DNA of 64,000 nt from Camelus ferus (GCF_009834535.1 NC_045697.1:30072001-30136000); one strand, 5' to 3'. Positions 1-12,345 are shown, numbered from the stretch's first letter. Translations and numbers: made by a program. The notes: a model not told the origin generated them from the letters alone.

Positions 1-1030
1 TTCCCATCGGCTGCATTAAGCACTATTTTATTCATTGGAAATATTAAACAGATGAGATGGAATGTTTTAATGATACCCTCTGTGTTTCTTCTAAACATAT
101 ATTGATAAAAATCAGGTTTATCTACACCATCCCTCTTTCTTATCCCACAAAGGGAGGAAAAAATAGTTATTTGTATCGTAAGTTCAAATTTTGAACATCT
201 AAGTAGACACACACACAGAAATAAACATCTCCCTCTCTCTCCACTTCTTAAAATTATATAACAAATCTTGAGTGGAAAAAGACTCTTCTCTGGACGGTTT
301 CTATGAGTCAGGAGTTTCCTTGGCTGAATCACAATCCGAATTTGTGAGGGATCACCTGGGAAAAGGCCTTGTAAGCCTGTCACCGGTCCTCATCCTCCCT
401 GGAGGTCTTCCAGCTTTGAATTCCCAGGCCCTCTTTCGGTGATTCAGTTCTATGAGCTGGTCTTTCCTCCACTAAGCAGGGATAGGACATTTATAAGATT
501 CTGGATTCTCCCGGGAACCTCCACTCCACCCGCATGATGGCGGCCACGTAAAGCTCTCCAGGGCAAGGGAAAATGCTCAGGACATTCTCCTCCAGGCTTT
601 GCCCTTGATATCCAAAGTGTAGGGAGGGGTTTCTTTGGTTCCATACTGTGATGACACCATAGAGGAGGCTGTGGATATAAATAATCCTAGTACCCCAGAA
701 ATGCACTGTTGGGGTTTCAGTGGCTGAGGGGGCCCAAGGGTGCAGAATTGGGAGTAAGAAATGCATCTGTGAGTCCTTGACTACTTAAGGGGTCATCACT
801 CAGCCCCCTGGGGACAGAGTCATGCCAGCCTTCTTTGCCTTTCTCAGGCTCTTGCCAGGGTCCACATTCTATTACATAGTCTGAGTCTGTCATCCTTACT
901 AACCAGCTCATGGAATGAGAGCACCTGAACTCTGTCTCATAACCTTTCATTCTCAACCACTTTCATTGTCTCCTTTCATAACTCTTTTTCGTCTTCTCTC
1001 TTGCCACCAATGCCACTTGATTATCAACAG

Positions 1031-1149
1031 AATAGAGACTTCTGGTGTAGATGACAGTTGCAAAAGGGTCTCGCAGCTTGCTCTGGTGCCGGGGTCCCAG
1101 GAGGAGCATAGCTGCCATTTGGGCGAGTGCCCAAGGAGGACAGAGGAAG
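1031..1149 (+). CDS. LIMCH1: LIMCH1 optional (muscle-type block) coding exon, (R)IETSGVDDSCKRVSQLALVPGSQEEHSCHLGECPRRTEE
   Basis: Acceptor atcaacag at 1023-1030 and donor G|gtgagg at 1150; 119 nt, phase 2 to 1. Resembles the long human LIMCH1 isoform segment (...SQEE...LGECPR.TEE) as I recall it. Confidence 0.8.
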
Positions 1150-1234
1150 GTGAGGAGGAGAAGGGTGGCAGGTGGGGCCAGGGCCTCTGGTGTGAAATCT
1201 TTCCTAGTAGTAAAGCTGTCCTGTCTGGCTTTAG

Positions 1235-1346
1235 TTACACGCAAACAGCTGCCACAGGATGGCAAACAGGAGAATGAAGGAGTTGCTCAAAGAGATTCTG
1301 AGATGGCGCCCAAGGCTGAAAGATCCAAGGAGAGCGGCCAGCCACT
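1235..1346 (+). CDS. LIMCH1: LIMCH1 optional coding exon, VTRKQLPQDGKQENEGVAQRDSEMAPKAERSKESGQP(L)
   Basis: Acceptor ggctttag ending at 1234 and donor CT|gtgagc at 1347; 112 nt, phase 1 to 2. In frame with both neighbours. Confidence 0.8.
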
Positions 1347-1790
1347 GTGAGCACCTTGCCTGCATTCCAGGGTGTGCTGCCTCTGCTGTGCGTGGCTGCT
1401 ATGTCCCCCCCCCAAACGAGCTTAATAAAGCCACAGTGTACACTTGACTGCTGTGGTGTGGAGTGCAGTCACTCACAGGAATGCGCCCATCCCAGGGTCA
1501 GAGTTCTGCTTTCAGTGCCCCGCCTGGGTAGAGATTTTAGCCTTAGCACGTGGTTGGGTGCTGGCCAAATTCATTCTCAGGAATCATGAAAACCAGAAAG
1601 GGAAAGCCATTGCCATGTAAGTATCAGCTGCATGATGGAAGTCCATGGTATTAATACTCAGTTGCTATGTGTGCTGCTGCCTCCATGAACATGGCTTCTT
1701 CTTTCTTGAGTTAATGCCAAGTGCGTGATGCTACCGAAAGTATCTTGAGTAATAAGTGCCCTTTGACTGGCTGGGCTGAACGTGCCCTAG

Positions 1791-2051
1791 TTCATGTCCT
1801 CTGGCCTCTGAATGGGAGGCTTCAGAGAGAGAAGAGAAGTCAGAGAAGATGACAGCTCCTGCCTGGTGTGGCAGTGGACTGAGGGGCCAAAGAAAGTTGT
1901 ATGATTCACACAAAGATGACATAATGGCCAGGAGAACTGGGATGTCTCTTAAATACATTAGATCCAACCCAAACCAGTTCCTTCCGGTTCCATTTGCAAA
2001 GCAACACAATGTGGAGGAATCTGCCAAGGGTCCACCAACAAAAGATAAGAG
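1791..2051 (+). CDS. LIMCH1: LIMCH1 optional coding exon, SCPLASEWEASEREEKSEKMTAPAWCGSGLRGQRKLYDSHKDDIMARRTGMSLKYIRSNPNQFLPVPFAKQHNVEESAKGPPTKDK(R)
   Basis: Acceptor gtgccctag ending at 1790 and donor AG|gtcagg at 2052; 261 nt, phase 2-2, open frame overlapping ORF 1849..2079. Matches the recalled long isoform (MTAPAW...KDD..ARRTGMSL...NPNQFLPVPFAKQ). Confidence 0.85.
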
Positions 2052-5000
2052 GTCAGGAGATTATCCTGAGCCATTGTGACTTTGTTTCCCTAGTCTTGAG
2101 TTGAGCCTTGACCCATGCTTTGACTATGTTATTAATGCTTTCTGGTTCATCAGTGCCACTTACCTGCTTTTGCCAGCGGAAATGAAATGATTAAAATTGG
2201 CCCAGTCTGCAGAGGTTTGGTTTTTTTTTTGTTTTTTTTTTTTTTGTTTTTTTTTTTTTGCATGTAAGCAGGTGTGGAAAGAATAGTTAGTTGTGAACTG
2301 TCCTGTTAACCGTTCTTTCTGACTCTCATCTTGTGAGCAGCATAAGTGGGAGAAACTCTTTTATTTTTCCTATCTCACATAGGCACCTCTGGGTAAAGGA
2401 GTTGACCTTCTTTCTGACCTACTTGATTTCATTCTGATTCCAGGAGGGTCTCCAGATCCAAAGAAGATATATACCACTTATAAAACTTGTTATTTAAGTT
2501 AATTTTAACATTAGCAAACAGTGCTTTCTAGACGTGGGATTTCCGTTCCATGCCCTGACTTGATTTAAAATGAAAATAGGGAGATAATAAAATCCTGGGG
2601 TTTGTGGTCTGGGTTAAGGTCCTCTACACTGAAGTTTCTGTTGCTGTTTAGTGAGAGACTTTTGTTGAAAGTGTGGGCTGCCTGGTTAATGTACGGCAGA
2701 GGAGTGAGGAGTGTTTCTGCATAATTGAAGCGCCACCATAAGCAAGGAAGTGATGGAATTCTGCTTCACAAAGGACCTTGATGGCAGTGGGACAGAGGGT
2801 GGAGTGGGGAGTGTGAAGAATCTTCAGTAATCCCCTAATTTAAAAATTACTATTGTAGCCGTCCTTACCATCTGGATTTAATCTATGTTTTACATTCTTC
2901 TGAATCATAATATGACTGCTCAGAGCCTCGTGGTAACACTGGTCTCGGGGAGCAGGGATGATATCTGTGCTCTACTTTATGACCGCGGCCCTCTGCCCCC
3001 TCAAGCGCACCTTCTCCTGGGAATTCACAGGTAGGTTGAGTAGCTGTTGGCTCCAGTTCACGAATGGGAAGCCTGAGGTAGGGAGACGTTACGTGAGTGG
3101 ATTGCACCAGATCCCAGCTGGTGAGGGCAGTTTAGTGACCCAGGAACTGACTGGTGTGCCCTGCCACCACCACCCCCACCCTGCTCTCACTTACTCCCCA
3201 GGTGCCCTGACGGGGTGCTGGGCCCTGAGTCTGTGGGCTCCCGGAAAGCAGTTAGCATGAAAGGCAAGAAGGAAGTGAGGCCTGTAGGCTGCCTACCAGA
3301 TGCATTCCAGGTTTCCCATTTCCTCCCTCCTCACACAGCCTTCGAGAGTGGGAAGTTTCATCTGTAACCTACCATGAGAAACTGATGCCCTCGTCCAACA
3401 AGGCTGGTAATTACAGATCTAAGATCCAAACCCAGCTCTGTGTGAGAGGGAACCGCTGTCCCACTCCAGTGCGGTGCCTGCACAAGTGACCAGAGGAAGC
3501 TGCGGAGATCTGGTGACTTCCCTGTCGCTTCCATCTGTCTGTCTATCTGTGATTCGGAAAGAGTCCTCTTTATAATCAAACGGGAGTGTGTGGCCGGTTT
3601 GAGCGCTGGGCGAAGTAGTCAGATGAACTCCGTGACGTAACTGTGCAACTGAGCAAGGACACACGTTGGGAACTTGTGCTTCCTTGCAACGAAGGTTTAT
3701 TGAGTAATAACTCTGTGTAAAACACTCAGTGTTGCAGGATAATCTTAAATTAGCGGTAAACCCAGTTTTCCCTCTCACTTCAGATGACGCTTATGCTAGT
3801 TCACAATATGGCTAATTATTAATCCTGAAGTGCTTTATTAGTGCTGAAAGTTATATAAACACAATCAATAGGTGAATTGAGTATTCCTTATATCGTTCTA
3901 AGTACCCCTACCCTCACAATTAAACTGTATTAATTGCTTTTTTTTTTTGTTAGGATGCTTATACCAAGTGTGATTTGTCTGGCCATTTTTGTACTTGATA
4001 GTCTGTTGATTCATCTACTTCCATTAAAAAAACTCTTTATTAGTGATTTTTTTTTAAACTCACCTTTACTTTTCTATTTTCTGTAGGACAACTGGGAAAA
4101 TCGTTTGAAGCCCAACTCTAATTATCTTCTCCTTAACAGCAAAGGCAGTTCTGCTTAAAGTGATGTCCTCTTAAAGCAAATAAATCAGTCCGAGGGGAAA
4201 TTCCTTAAATCCATAAGTGTGTCATAAATGGATAAATGGAGGTTTTCTTCAGAGACTGCACTGTTCTTTTCAATTTTCCGAGCATCCAGAAGGCCTAGTC
4301 TGGCCACTGTTCAGGGAACCCTTGGAAGAAAAATCCCTACACACATGGAGCTTATATTTCGGTTTAATTGACATTTGTTGGCAGAGATGGCCATGAAATG
4401 CTCCTAAGTTTTTTGTGTAGAAGCAGCTTAAATTCGAGTATATCCCGCAAGCAACATCATAGCTGAACCTCGTAAACAAAATGTACAAAGGAAGCCAAAC
4501 TCAAAATGGACTGTCTGAGTCCATTTATGTAGCACAAATCACTTGCCCGCTCATCTGCGGTTTGTGAAAATTCATTGAGATGTCTGTGCCTGGTATGTGC
4601 ACTCTCTGTATGTGTGTTTTACTTTAATTAAACATTAACTACTGTATTCAAATAGAGGCACAGGAACACATACCAACCACCCAGCGGTCATTTCTAGATT
4701 AACCATCCATGAGGAGTAACTTCTCTGCTCTCTTCCACGGATAGTTTAGAAAACACCATATTTGACTGTCTATTCCAGTCGTCCTACTAATTAACTGGGA
4801 AACATGCACCCAGGCTTCAGAATTAGCACTGTTCATGTACCCTTTCTTGATATGGAGGAATCCATCTGCCTCCATGTGGTGGTGGTTTTAGAAAATTGAG
4901 TGTATTAAGTTAAACTTTAGCACCTTCTGAAACTGTCCCCCACAGAAACAGAAAACAGGTCTTACTTTCAGAAGAAAAACATCCACAAACACTTTCCTTT

Positions 5001-6255
5001 TCTTGCTTTTGGCCATTTCATTTTGGGTATTGCACTGGTGTGGTTGCCCTCACTGTGAATGGAAATAATTATTAATGAATGCAGACTGCTGTAGAATGAT
5101 AAAGGCATAAGAAACAAGGGTGTATGTGTGCACACCCATGTGATTTGGGGTGTTTTCTCTAAGATTATAGGAACAGCTCTTTAGAAATTACTCTCTTCTC
5201 CGTAAGTTGTTATGAAACTGAACATGGGATCAGGTAACTTTTACCGAAAACCCCCAAATTTAATTTTTTGGAAACTGAAAGCAAGACATTTTTTTTCTTC
5301 GCTTAAATAGTCCTTTGTCCACCATCAGAATGCATGAATGGACAGCCTTTCAGGGCACAGGTAAGAACCTTCTCTTAAAATTCCCCTTTGATGAGGAGAC
5401 AGTCATCTGTGGGAACAAGGTTTTGTTTTGTTTTTTTTAATGTGCTTAAAATATGCCCTTGTAATGTTCTAGTTTTTTTTTTTCTAATTTGACCTTTTTT
5501 CTTTGTTTTATCAGATACATTAAAACTTAAAATGCCTACATTAAAGAAAGTACAGCATTGTAGATCTAAGTAATCAGAAGGATATAAAAGACTTTTAAGG
5601 GAAAAAACTTGGTTTTTCAAGTTATGGAAGATCATTGGAGTCTGGTTTGGATTAAGGCTGCCAGTTTTCTAGGAATTGTGGTTTTTGTCAAATGCATGCG
5701 GAAGGCACTGATTGGGGTTCTGGTTGGAGTTCTGGTTTGCTTTCAGAAAACTGCCGAAACACTCTTTGATGTTATTTGTGCAAATGCATTAACACATCAG
5801 GGAAAGGGTCAGTGAGCGTGTGCTTCTATGTTGGGTGTTCATTACCGCCCATCACTCTGCACAGAAAGGCCCGAACAGTTCAACCATTTGTGAATGACCA
5901 TAATACACATTGGTTTTTTTTTTAAGCTGCCTTCTCTAAACATTGTGGGTTGCACCTAAGCCTTTTTATGTTTATATTGAACAGATTCTTTCTTTGTGGG
6001 TAACATGTAGATTTTTTTTTTCATTTCTCCTCTGGGTTTTACTGCAAGTTTTGCATTCTTTAGAAATGTCAAGACTTTGCTTTCACTTTCAGCAATTAAC
6101 GAATATTGCTAGTTGTATAATGACACCTCTCTTCCAGTACGAACAGCAAAAAAAGGTTTGGCGTCCCTACATTTCACTGAGTTTTTATTTCCAGCTTGGT
6201 GACAGCGTTAACCTTCTGTCTTGTCAATCCTCTAATTTTGTATTTGGTCTTATAG

Positions 6256-6291
6256 ATACGGTCCGAGAACTCCTGTGTCTGATGACGCAGA
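6256..6291 (+). CDS. LIMCH1: LIMCH1 36-nt microexon, (R)YGPRTPVSDDA(E)
   Basis: Acceptor tcttatag ending at 6255 and donor GA|gtaagt at 6292; phase 2-2. Peptide matches the recalled LIMCH1 YGPRTPVSDDAE. Confidence 0.9.
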
Positions 6292-9200
6292 GTAAGTTGT
6301 CTTGTATTTGTGGGAATACGTTAATTACTAGCCTAAACTGCATGCTTCCAGTACTTACCACTAATTGGAATGCGACAGTGGACTGAAGAGCTAACTGACT
6401 CGTGCAGCATCAGACAAGCACTTGAAGTTGGAATGCAGAGCATATGTTCTGTGCAGGAGAGATGAATGAAAAAGCCACTTACGCATGATTCTAATGTGCA
6501 GCTGCTGCTTAAAACTTAACATTTGCTTTTCATAGATGGGGAATGTTAAAGTTGTTCTTGTTAGGGTTTGGACATTGGACCCCTCTGAACCACCGAATTG
6601 TTTAAAGCCTGTTCTGTGCTTTGCGTTGAATTCATGATATGTGAAGGCTCACAGCTAACCATGAAGCAGTCATTCTCATAGCCCCCTTTTTTTCAATTAA
6701 GAAAATAAATCCTAAATGAAGGATAGATTCAGAAGTCCAAGGTCCTCCCCCAGTTGGAGTACTGCAAACTGTGGGATGCCTGGGACCAGAGCACTGGGGT
6801 TCCGTGCGCGCTCTGTGCATGGCAAGGGACCAACATGTACAATATGCCTTGGGCTGCCTCTCTTTGGTTTCCACTCCTCTCAGAGATTCATTCCCCATCC
6901 CTGGCCTCACATCCAAATTTGAGAAGAATCTACCCTGTCCCACTTGTGGCCATGTTAACTCCATTACAAAAAGGGATTTCCCATAGGCAGAGCCTTCTGG
7001 AACTGATATCCAAGACAGAAGTTTTCTTTGCAGAATGCTACCTGGCTCAGATTTGAGTAATTGGTGTTTTAAGAAACATGGTTCCTATCCCATTCCAACA
7101 CCAGTGGCCCGCTAACCCTGATGCCTTTCCTCTGAGAGAGGGACTTTATGGCCTCGTGGGAGCCTGGGCCATCGTAAGTGAACACCAGCATTCTCTCTGC
7201 TTGTCTTCTTGGCCTGAGCCACAGCTTCAAGTCACTGGGTGAGGAATCTAAATAACAGTATAGGACAGACAAATATCATTTCCACCAATGACAATGAGAT
7301 CAGGCCACAAGTTTACTGTTTTCAAATTGTGCTTTTTCCATGGTTGTGTTCAAGATGGCAGCTTAGTCTGTCTTGGGGCTCAAAGCAGTCTGACGCAGAT
7401 GCCAAGGATATCAGTTTCCGACACGTGATCTACGATTGCTCTGTGGCCTGACACACAGAACATTCATGTCTCAAAACCAAATTCAGCCTGAGCTTGACTG
7501 ACTGCATGGAGTTAAGTAGTCTATAAAACTGAGCCTTGGTTATTACCTTTAAAATCTACAGTGGCAATATTTAACATTCACTGAAAGGAGGATTATACAA
7601 GATTGATAGGCAGAACACTACTCTGATCTGGTGAGCAAAAACATTTTGATTGAATGGATTTACTCTTCATCATTGCAAAGCTGCCACGCAATTTGCCTAA
7701 TACAGATCTCTGAAAAACCCTGAAAGCTACATCACGGAAAGAAAAGAAGCTACATTAAAAATCTCTTAAATTTTGCCTGTACCTAAATATGAAGCCTCAC
7801 CCACAGGAAAAGTCAATGTTTTTTTAAACATTGGGGTGGGAACTCCTCTAAATTACATAAAAGCAGCCTAATGGAGCAGGAAAAGTAAAAGGAGCTTCTT
7901 TCCCAAAGGTCTTATCTAGGAATATCCGAAGGGCTGAATTTCCTTCTTGGAGTGGATGCAATTCACATGAAGCCACGCGGGAAACAAAAGGCAAAGTCTA
8001 GTTCAGGAGTTTGGGTTTGTTTTTCTTAAAATAGAAATTTATGATATGTTTTGTTTATTCACCCATGATCTCCCTTTTGCAAAATCTTTTAGGACAATTA
8101 TTGGCACAGGCTCTATTTATTCATAATTGACACATTCTTAAAATACAGCCCAATCAAAAAAAGATGTGCCCTTTAAGGAAAATGCAGGTCAGGGGCAGAC
8201 CTACCTCACAGGCAAACAGAAATTTCCGCCTCCTGGCAAGCCAAGAATGTTTCCATGCTTACTTTCACCTTCCTGCCCTTCTCTTCCCTTCTACACGCCT
8301 CCTCTCCCAACGGTCCCCACCACGGAGCCTGGACACCGTGAGAGCCAGAGGCCCTTTTAGTCTTAATTCCCTTCCCTTAGACTTGATCCAGAAACCATTT
8401 CCAGGCTCCCCTAAAGGTAACTGAATCCTGCCCCTCAGAAATGCCAGCCCACCATGAGAGAGGCTCCTGGGCCCTGCAGCCAGGTATCCTGGTCCCTGCA
8501 GCCCAAGGGCACTGCTGTTCGTGCTGAGAAGCACAGGTTTGGTGCAAGTCACGTTAATATTCTGGAACCTACACTTGTCCAGGATCCCCCACGCCATCAA
8601 TATGCACTTCTTCACTTTGGAGGCTGAGTCCAACCTCTGAATTAGGGGACATTTTCTGAACGGGGATTCAGCCCCTTTTCTCGCTAGTATGATCACTTCT
8701 CAACTTGCTTAGTTCCTTTTTTTGAAATGGCATAAAGATATTGCTTGCAGTTTTATTATTTCTCTTTTTGGCCAATTTTCTGGTGTTTCTTAAAAAAAAA
8801 AAAAACAAAAAAAAACCTCTAGGAAAAAATAGTACTTCCTGGTATTTGAGAGGGAAAACAAGAGTTTCTCTTTTTATTTCACTAACCAGCTTTTGGCCAC
8901 CACGTTTAGGCTGACGTAGTTAGAGCTTCATAGTGGGAACAGAGCTAGGAACCTAGGACAGAAGAAGGCAATTGCGAAGGCTTTGCCCCGGTTTGAGTGC
9001 AATAATGAATTCCCAAATCCCGGCACAGGCTGCCATCTCCTTCCTGGGGTCCCAGAAGAAGACCTTGCTCTATAGTCACCCACTGTGGCCTAAACCAAAA
9101 TTCTGCCCTGTAAAAATTATAGATGACAAAATTGAAGGAAGGGACCCCCTTTCTCTCCTACAGTCGGCCAAGTATTTAGTAGATTACAAGAGAGACCCAG

Positions 9201-11119
9201 CTCAGAGGGGTTTATATCCTCTAAGATCTTCACAAAGACTATAAATTACTTTAAAAGATGAACTAACTGAATTGGATATATTTAAAGGTGAGTTTTTTTT
9301 TTTTTTTTTTTTTTTTGATTCTGAAAGGAAGAATGAGATGAAGTTTGGTCTCTTTCTGGAAAGGTTTTTCAAGTGAATTTTAATCCATGAAGTTTAAAAA
9401 CCATGGATTAGACTTTTCTACCTAGCTCTGCAAATTCCTAAATCTTCTTTAAACCACACAAATAAATAGCACAGAACAGGTGAAAGTCCGCAGCCCCTCC
9501 TTCCCTTTGAGGACTACAGTTTCTCTCTCAGGGAGGCACAGCTGCCACAGTCAACACTGCCCCCTGGCTGTGGGGACAGCTCCACACGGTGGTTTACCGT
9601 ATCCACACAAACAGAAGCCTCAGGTCAGAGAAAGTCCTCCACAGTTAGATTATTAGAATGCCCTTGAGGAAAACAGATTACAAATACGGTTTTCAGTTTT
9701 AGCTTTCTTAGGTCAGACTAATTATCCAACATCTAGGGAGAGAGGAGAGGCCCCCACACATCCACGCAGGTTCCTCTGAGCGGATTGCAGTGAGCGTGGG
9801 CAGCCACTGCTCTGGGGGCCATCTTCTTCCAGAGAGCTGCCTGCTCAGGAACCCTCTGGCGTCCAGGGGTGCTGCTGCTGTGCATTGTCTGGCTGTGGGG
9901 ATAACTATTTCAGACATCACTGATGATGTCTGGAACCAGTTGGTGTCCAAGTGCATGGCTTTACTTTTTCTTTGTATTAAGCTGGCTTTAAAAATGGACT
10001 GTCACGTTCTTCTGTTCTTAAAGGGCCCTCCACTTGATTTGGGGCTCTATGTAACCCATTTGGTGTCAGAGCTAGTCATTTCTTTGAGAGAGAGAAAAAA
10101 AGAGAACATTTTGCTTTGGTTTTTATTTCTGTTTTTATCTTGCTGCCTCAGCTTTTGCTGACAAAGGTCTATATAAGCATCACAGAAAAGGCCGTATGGT
10201 CTTGTCCAACATTTAATAAGCTCCTGTGGAATATATCAATTATATGTACAGCTGAAGGGTTTTAAAAATGTGCTTTCCCAATCCTTTTGCATTTAAAAGA
10301 GTAAATTCAGAGGTATCCTGACCAAAAAAAAATAAGTGTAATAATTCTAAGAATTTTAGGATAGAAAGTATATACTGATTTATATATTCTGTCCCTTACT
10401 CATACCATAAAGTACCTTATTTTCTTGATTCCAAGATGCCATCAACGCACTATCAATTTACAGATAGTTGTATAGCACAGAGAAATAAACCACATCAGAC
10501 ACATGCATCATTAATGCGTAGTTGTTGGATGCATCCAAAATTCAGAAAATACAATATGAAAAGGTGGTGCCTTATACTTGAGGCTGTTCTGGCTTTTTTG
10601 AAAATGGAGAAATTGCCTCAGTTAATGTAGAAAGCATTTAAGCTATCTTCACACAAAGAAGCATTTACTGCAGTAAAGTTTCATTTCCAGGGATGCCATC
10701 CTCCTTCCCCACAAATTCTCCCCAAGTTACACATTTTAACTCTCTTCATTTTATTTTCTAATACATTCACAAATGAGAGGAGCCCAGAGCTTCAAATACC
10801 TTTTCCTAGCCCTTTACTTTAAACATGTTTTTGGCTCAGCATATAAATTAAATTGACCTGATTCAGCCATCCCTGAAGACAAAGATGGCCACATTTTGGC
10901 TTTTGTGGCAAAAGGAGAAGAGGTGACAATGCTAGCATGCCCGCTGCTGGCTGAGGGATGGAGCCCACTGCAAACCACGCTGCTGCCTTGAGCTGCGGGG
11001 GGGCCAGGGCAGTTTTCCAAACGCGGTAGTGCCCCCGCGCAGCGGAACGCCCCAAATGCTCAGCGGCGTGAGGGTCACTGACCCCCATCCACCGTTGTCT
11101 CTGCTCTCTCCACACTCAG

Positions 11120-11246
11120 GAGCACGAGTATGTTTGACATGCGGTGTGAGGAGGAGGCCGCGGTGCAGCCGCACAGCAGGGCCCGCCAGGAGCAGCTGCA
11201 GCTGATAAATAACCAGCTGCGGGAAGAGGATGACAAATGGCAAGAT
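11120..11246 (+). CDS. LIMCH1: LIMCH1 exon, [42 protein letters not shown]
   Basis: Acceptor cacactcag ending at 11119 and donor GAT|gtgagt; 127 nt. Recognised LIMCH1 peptide. Confidence 0.95.
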
Positions 11247-11505
11247 GTGAGTGCGGGCCAAGGTGGTGGGCAGTGGGGAGACCCCTCCAACTGAGGGGCT
11301 AGAGGCCCTTTGGAGCAGAAAAGCAGGTGGGGTGGGCAGACTTGAACTTGAAAGCCAGGCAGAGGAAGGGGGCCCCTAGAGGAGTTCAAACAGTGACAAA
11401 GTGAGTATGGGGATTAAAGAAAGTACCCTTGCTTGAAGTTTGACCACAAAGAAGAGGGGAGCAGAAGGGAGGCATGTGGGTGGGATGCAGAATTAAGGAT
11501 GCACT

Positions 11506-11642
11506 AGAGGGAGGAGATAGCTCAGTGGTAGAGTGCGTACTTAGCATGCACGAGGTCCTGGGTTCAATCCCCAGTACGTCCATTAAAAATAAATAAATAA
11601 ACTCAATTGTGTCCCCTACCACCTCAAAAAAAGAAAAAAAAA
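11506..11642 (+). mobile_element. tRNA-Ala-derived SINE (camelid Vic-1 type)
   Basis: Head TAGCTCAGTGGTAGAG...CTTAGCATG...GGTTCAATCCC (A and B boxes), AAAT repeat and A tail. Perfect 18-bp TSD cagaattaaggatgcact at 11488-11505 and 11643-11660. Confidence 0.88.
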
Positions 11643-11714
11643 CAGAATTAAGGATGCACTGTCTTTTGAGATTCTATATTTGAAACTGATAACGATGATG
11701 ATAACAACAGTAAT

Positions 11715-11895
11715 TGCAAACACTGAAAGCGTACCAGTCACAGGTACTCTTCTAAGGGATTCTTTAATCTCTTAGTAACTCAGTGAACTAGGAACTGTCA
11801 TTCTCAATTCCACAGATAAGGCCCAGAAGAGCTGAGTAACTTGTCCAAAGTCACACAGCTATTGAGTGAGAGAGCCAGGATTATAACCAGGGAAG
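11715..11895 (-). mobile_element. MIR SINE
   Basis: Core gagtaacttgtccaaagtcacacagcta...agagccaggatt. Confidence 0.7.
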
Positions 11896-12114
11896 GAAGC
11901 CTCCAGGGCCTGATGGGGGCCTTGGGTTTGTCTATGTGCTAAGAGCAAAGAGCCTGGCCAGGGACAGAGCTTGAAAATGGGCTGAGGGGCAGGAGAGTGG
12001 ATTATTTCCTTGTGTCCTCACAGAGCACTCTGAGGTAGCTACTGCACATTTGACTCCACTTTTAATCAAGGTTAACTTCTCCAAAGTCGACAACACGCGG
12101 TAGTAATTGTCTAC

Positions 12115-12345
12115 AGTCTACTGAGCCTGACACCTAATGTGCGCTGCCTCATTTAACCCTCACGACAGGCTTGCAAGAGTAGGTATTATTATCATCTCTG
12201 CTTTAGAGTTGAGGACACTGGGGCGCAGAGCAGTGAGAGAACGTGCCTGAGATTCCAGAGCGGGGAAGAGGCAGAGCTACGCTTATTTCCCTCAGCCGCA
12301 GCCCCACCCATCTGACTCCAGAATCCTAACTTTTGTCATTATGCT
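12115..12345 (-). mobile_element. MIR SINE
   Basis: ctcatttaaccctcacgaca...gtaggtattattatc...tgaggacactgggg...tctgactccaga. Confidence 0.65.

Noticed and set aside
5747..5811. Possible extra exon after tttgctttcag
   Set aside because: Candidate donors give 61 or 65 nt, which break the frame between phase-2 neighbours, and the peptide is not recognisable.
11510..11582. Apparent tRNA-Ala gene
   Set aside because: It is followed by an AAAT/A tail and flanked by an 18-bp TSD, so it is a SINE head and not a functional tRNA.
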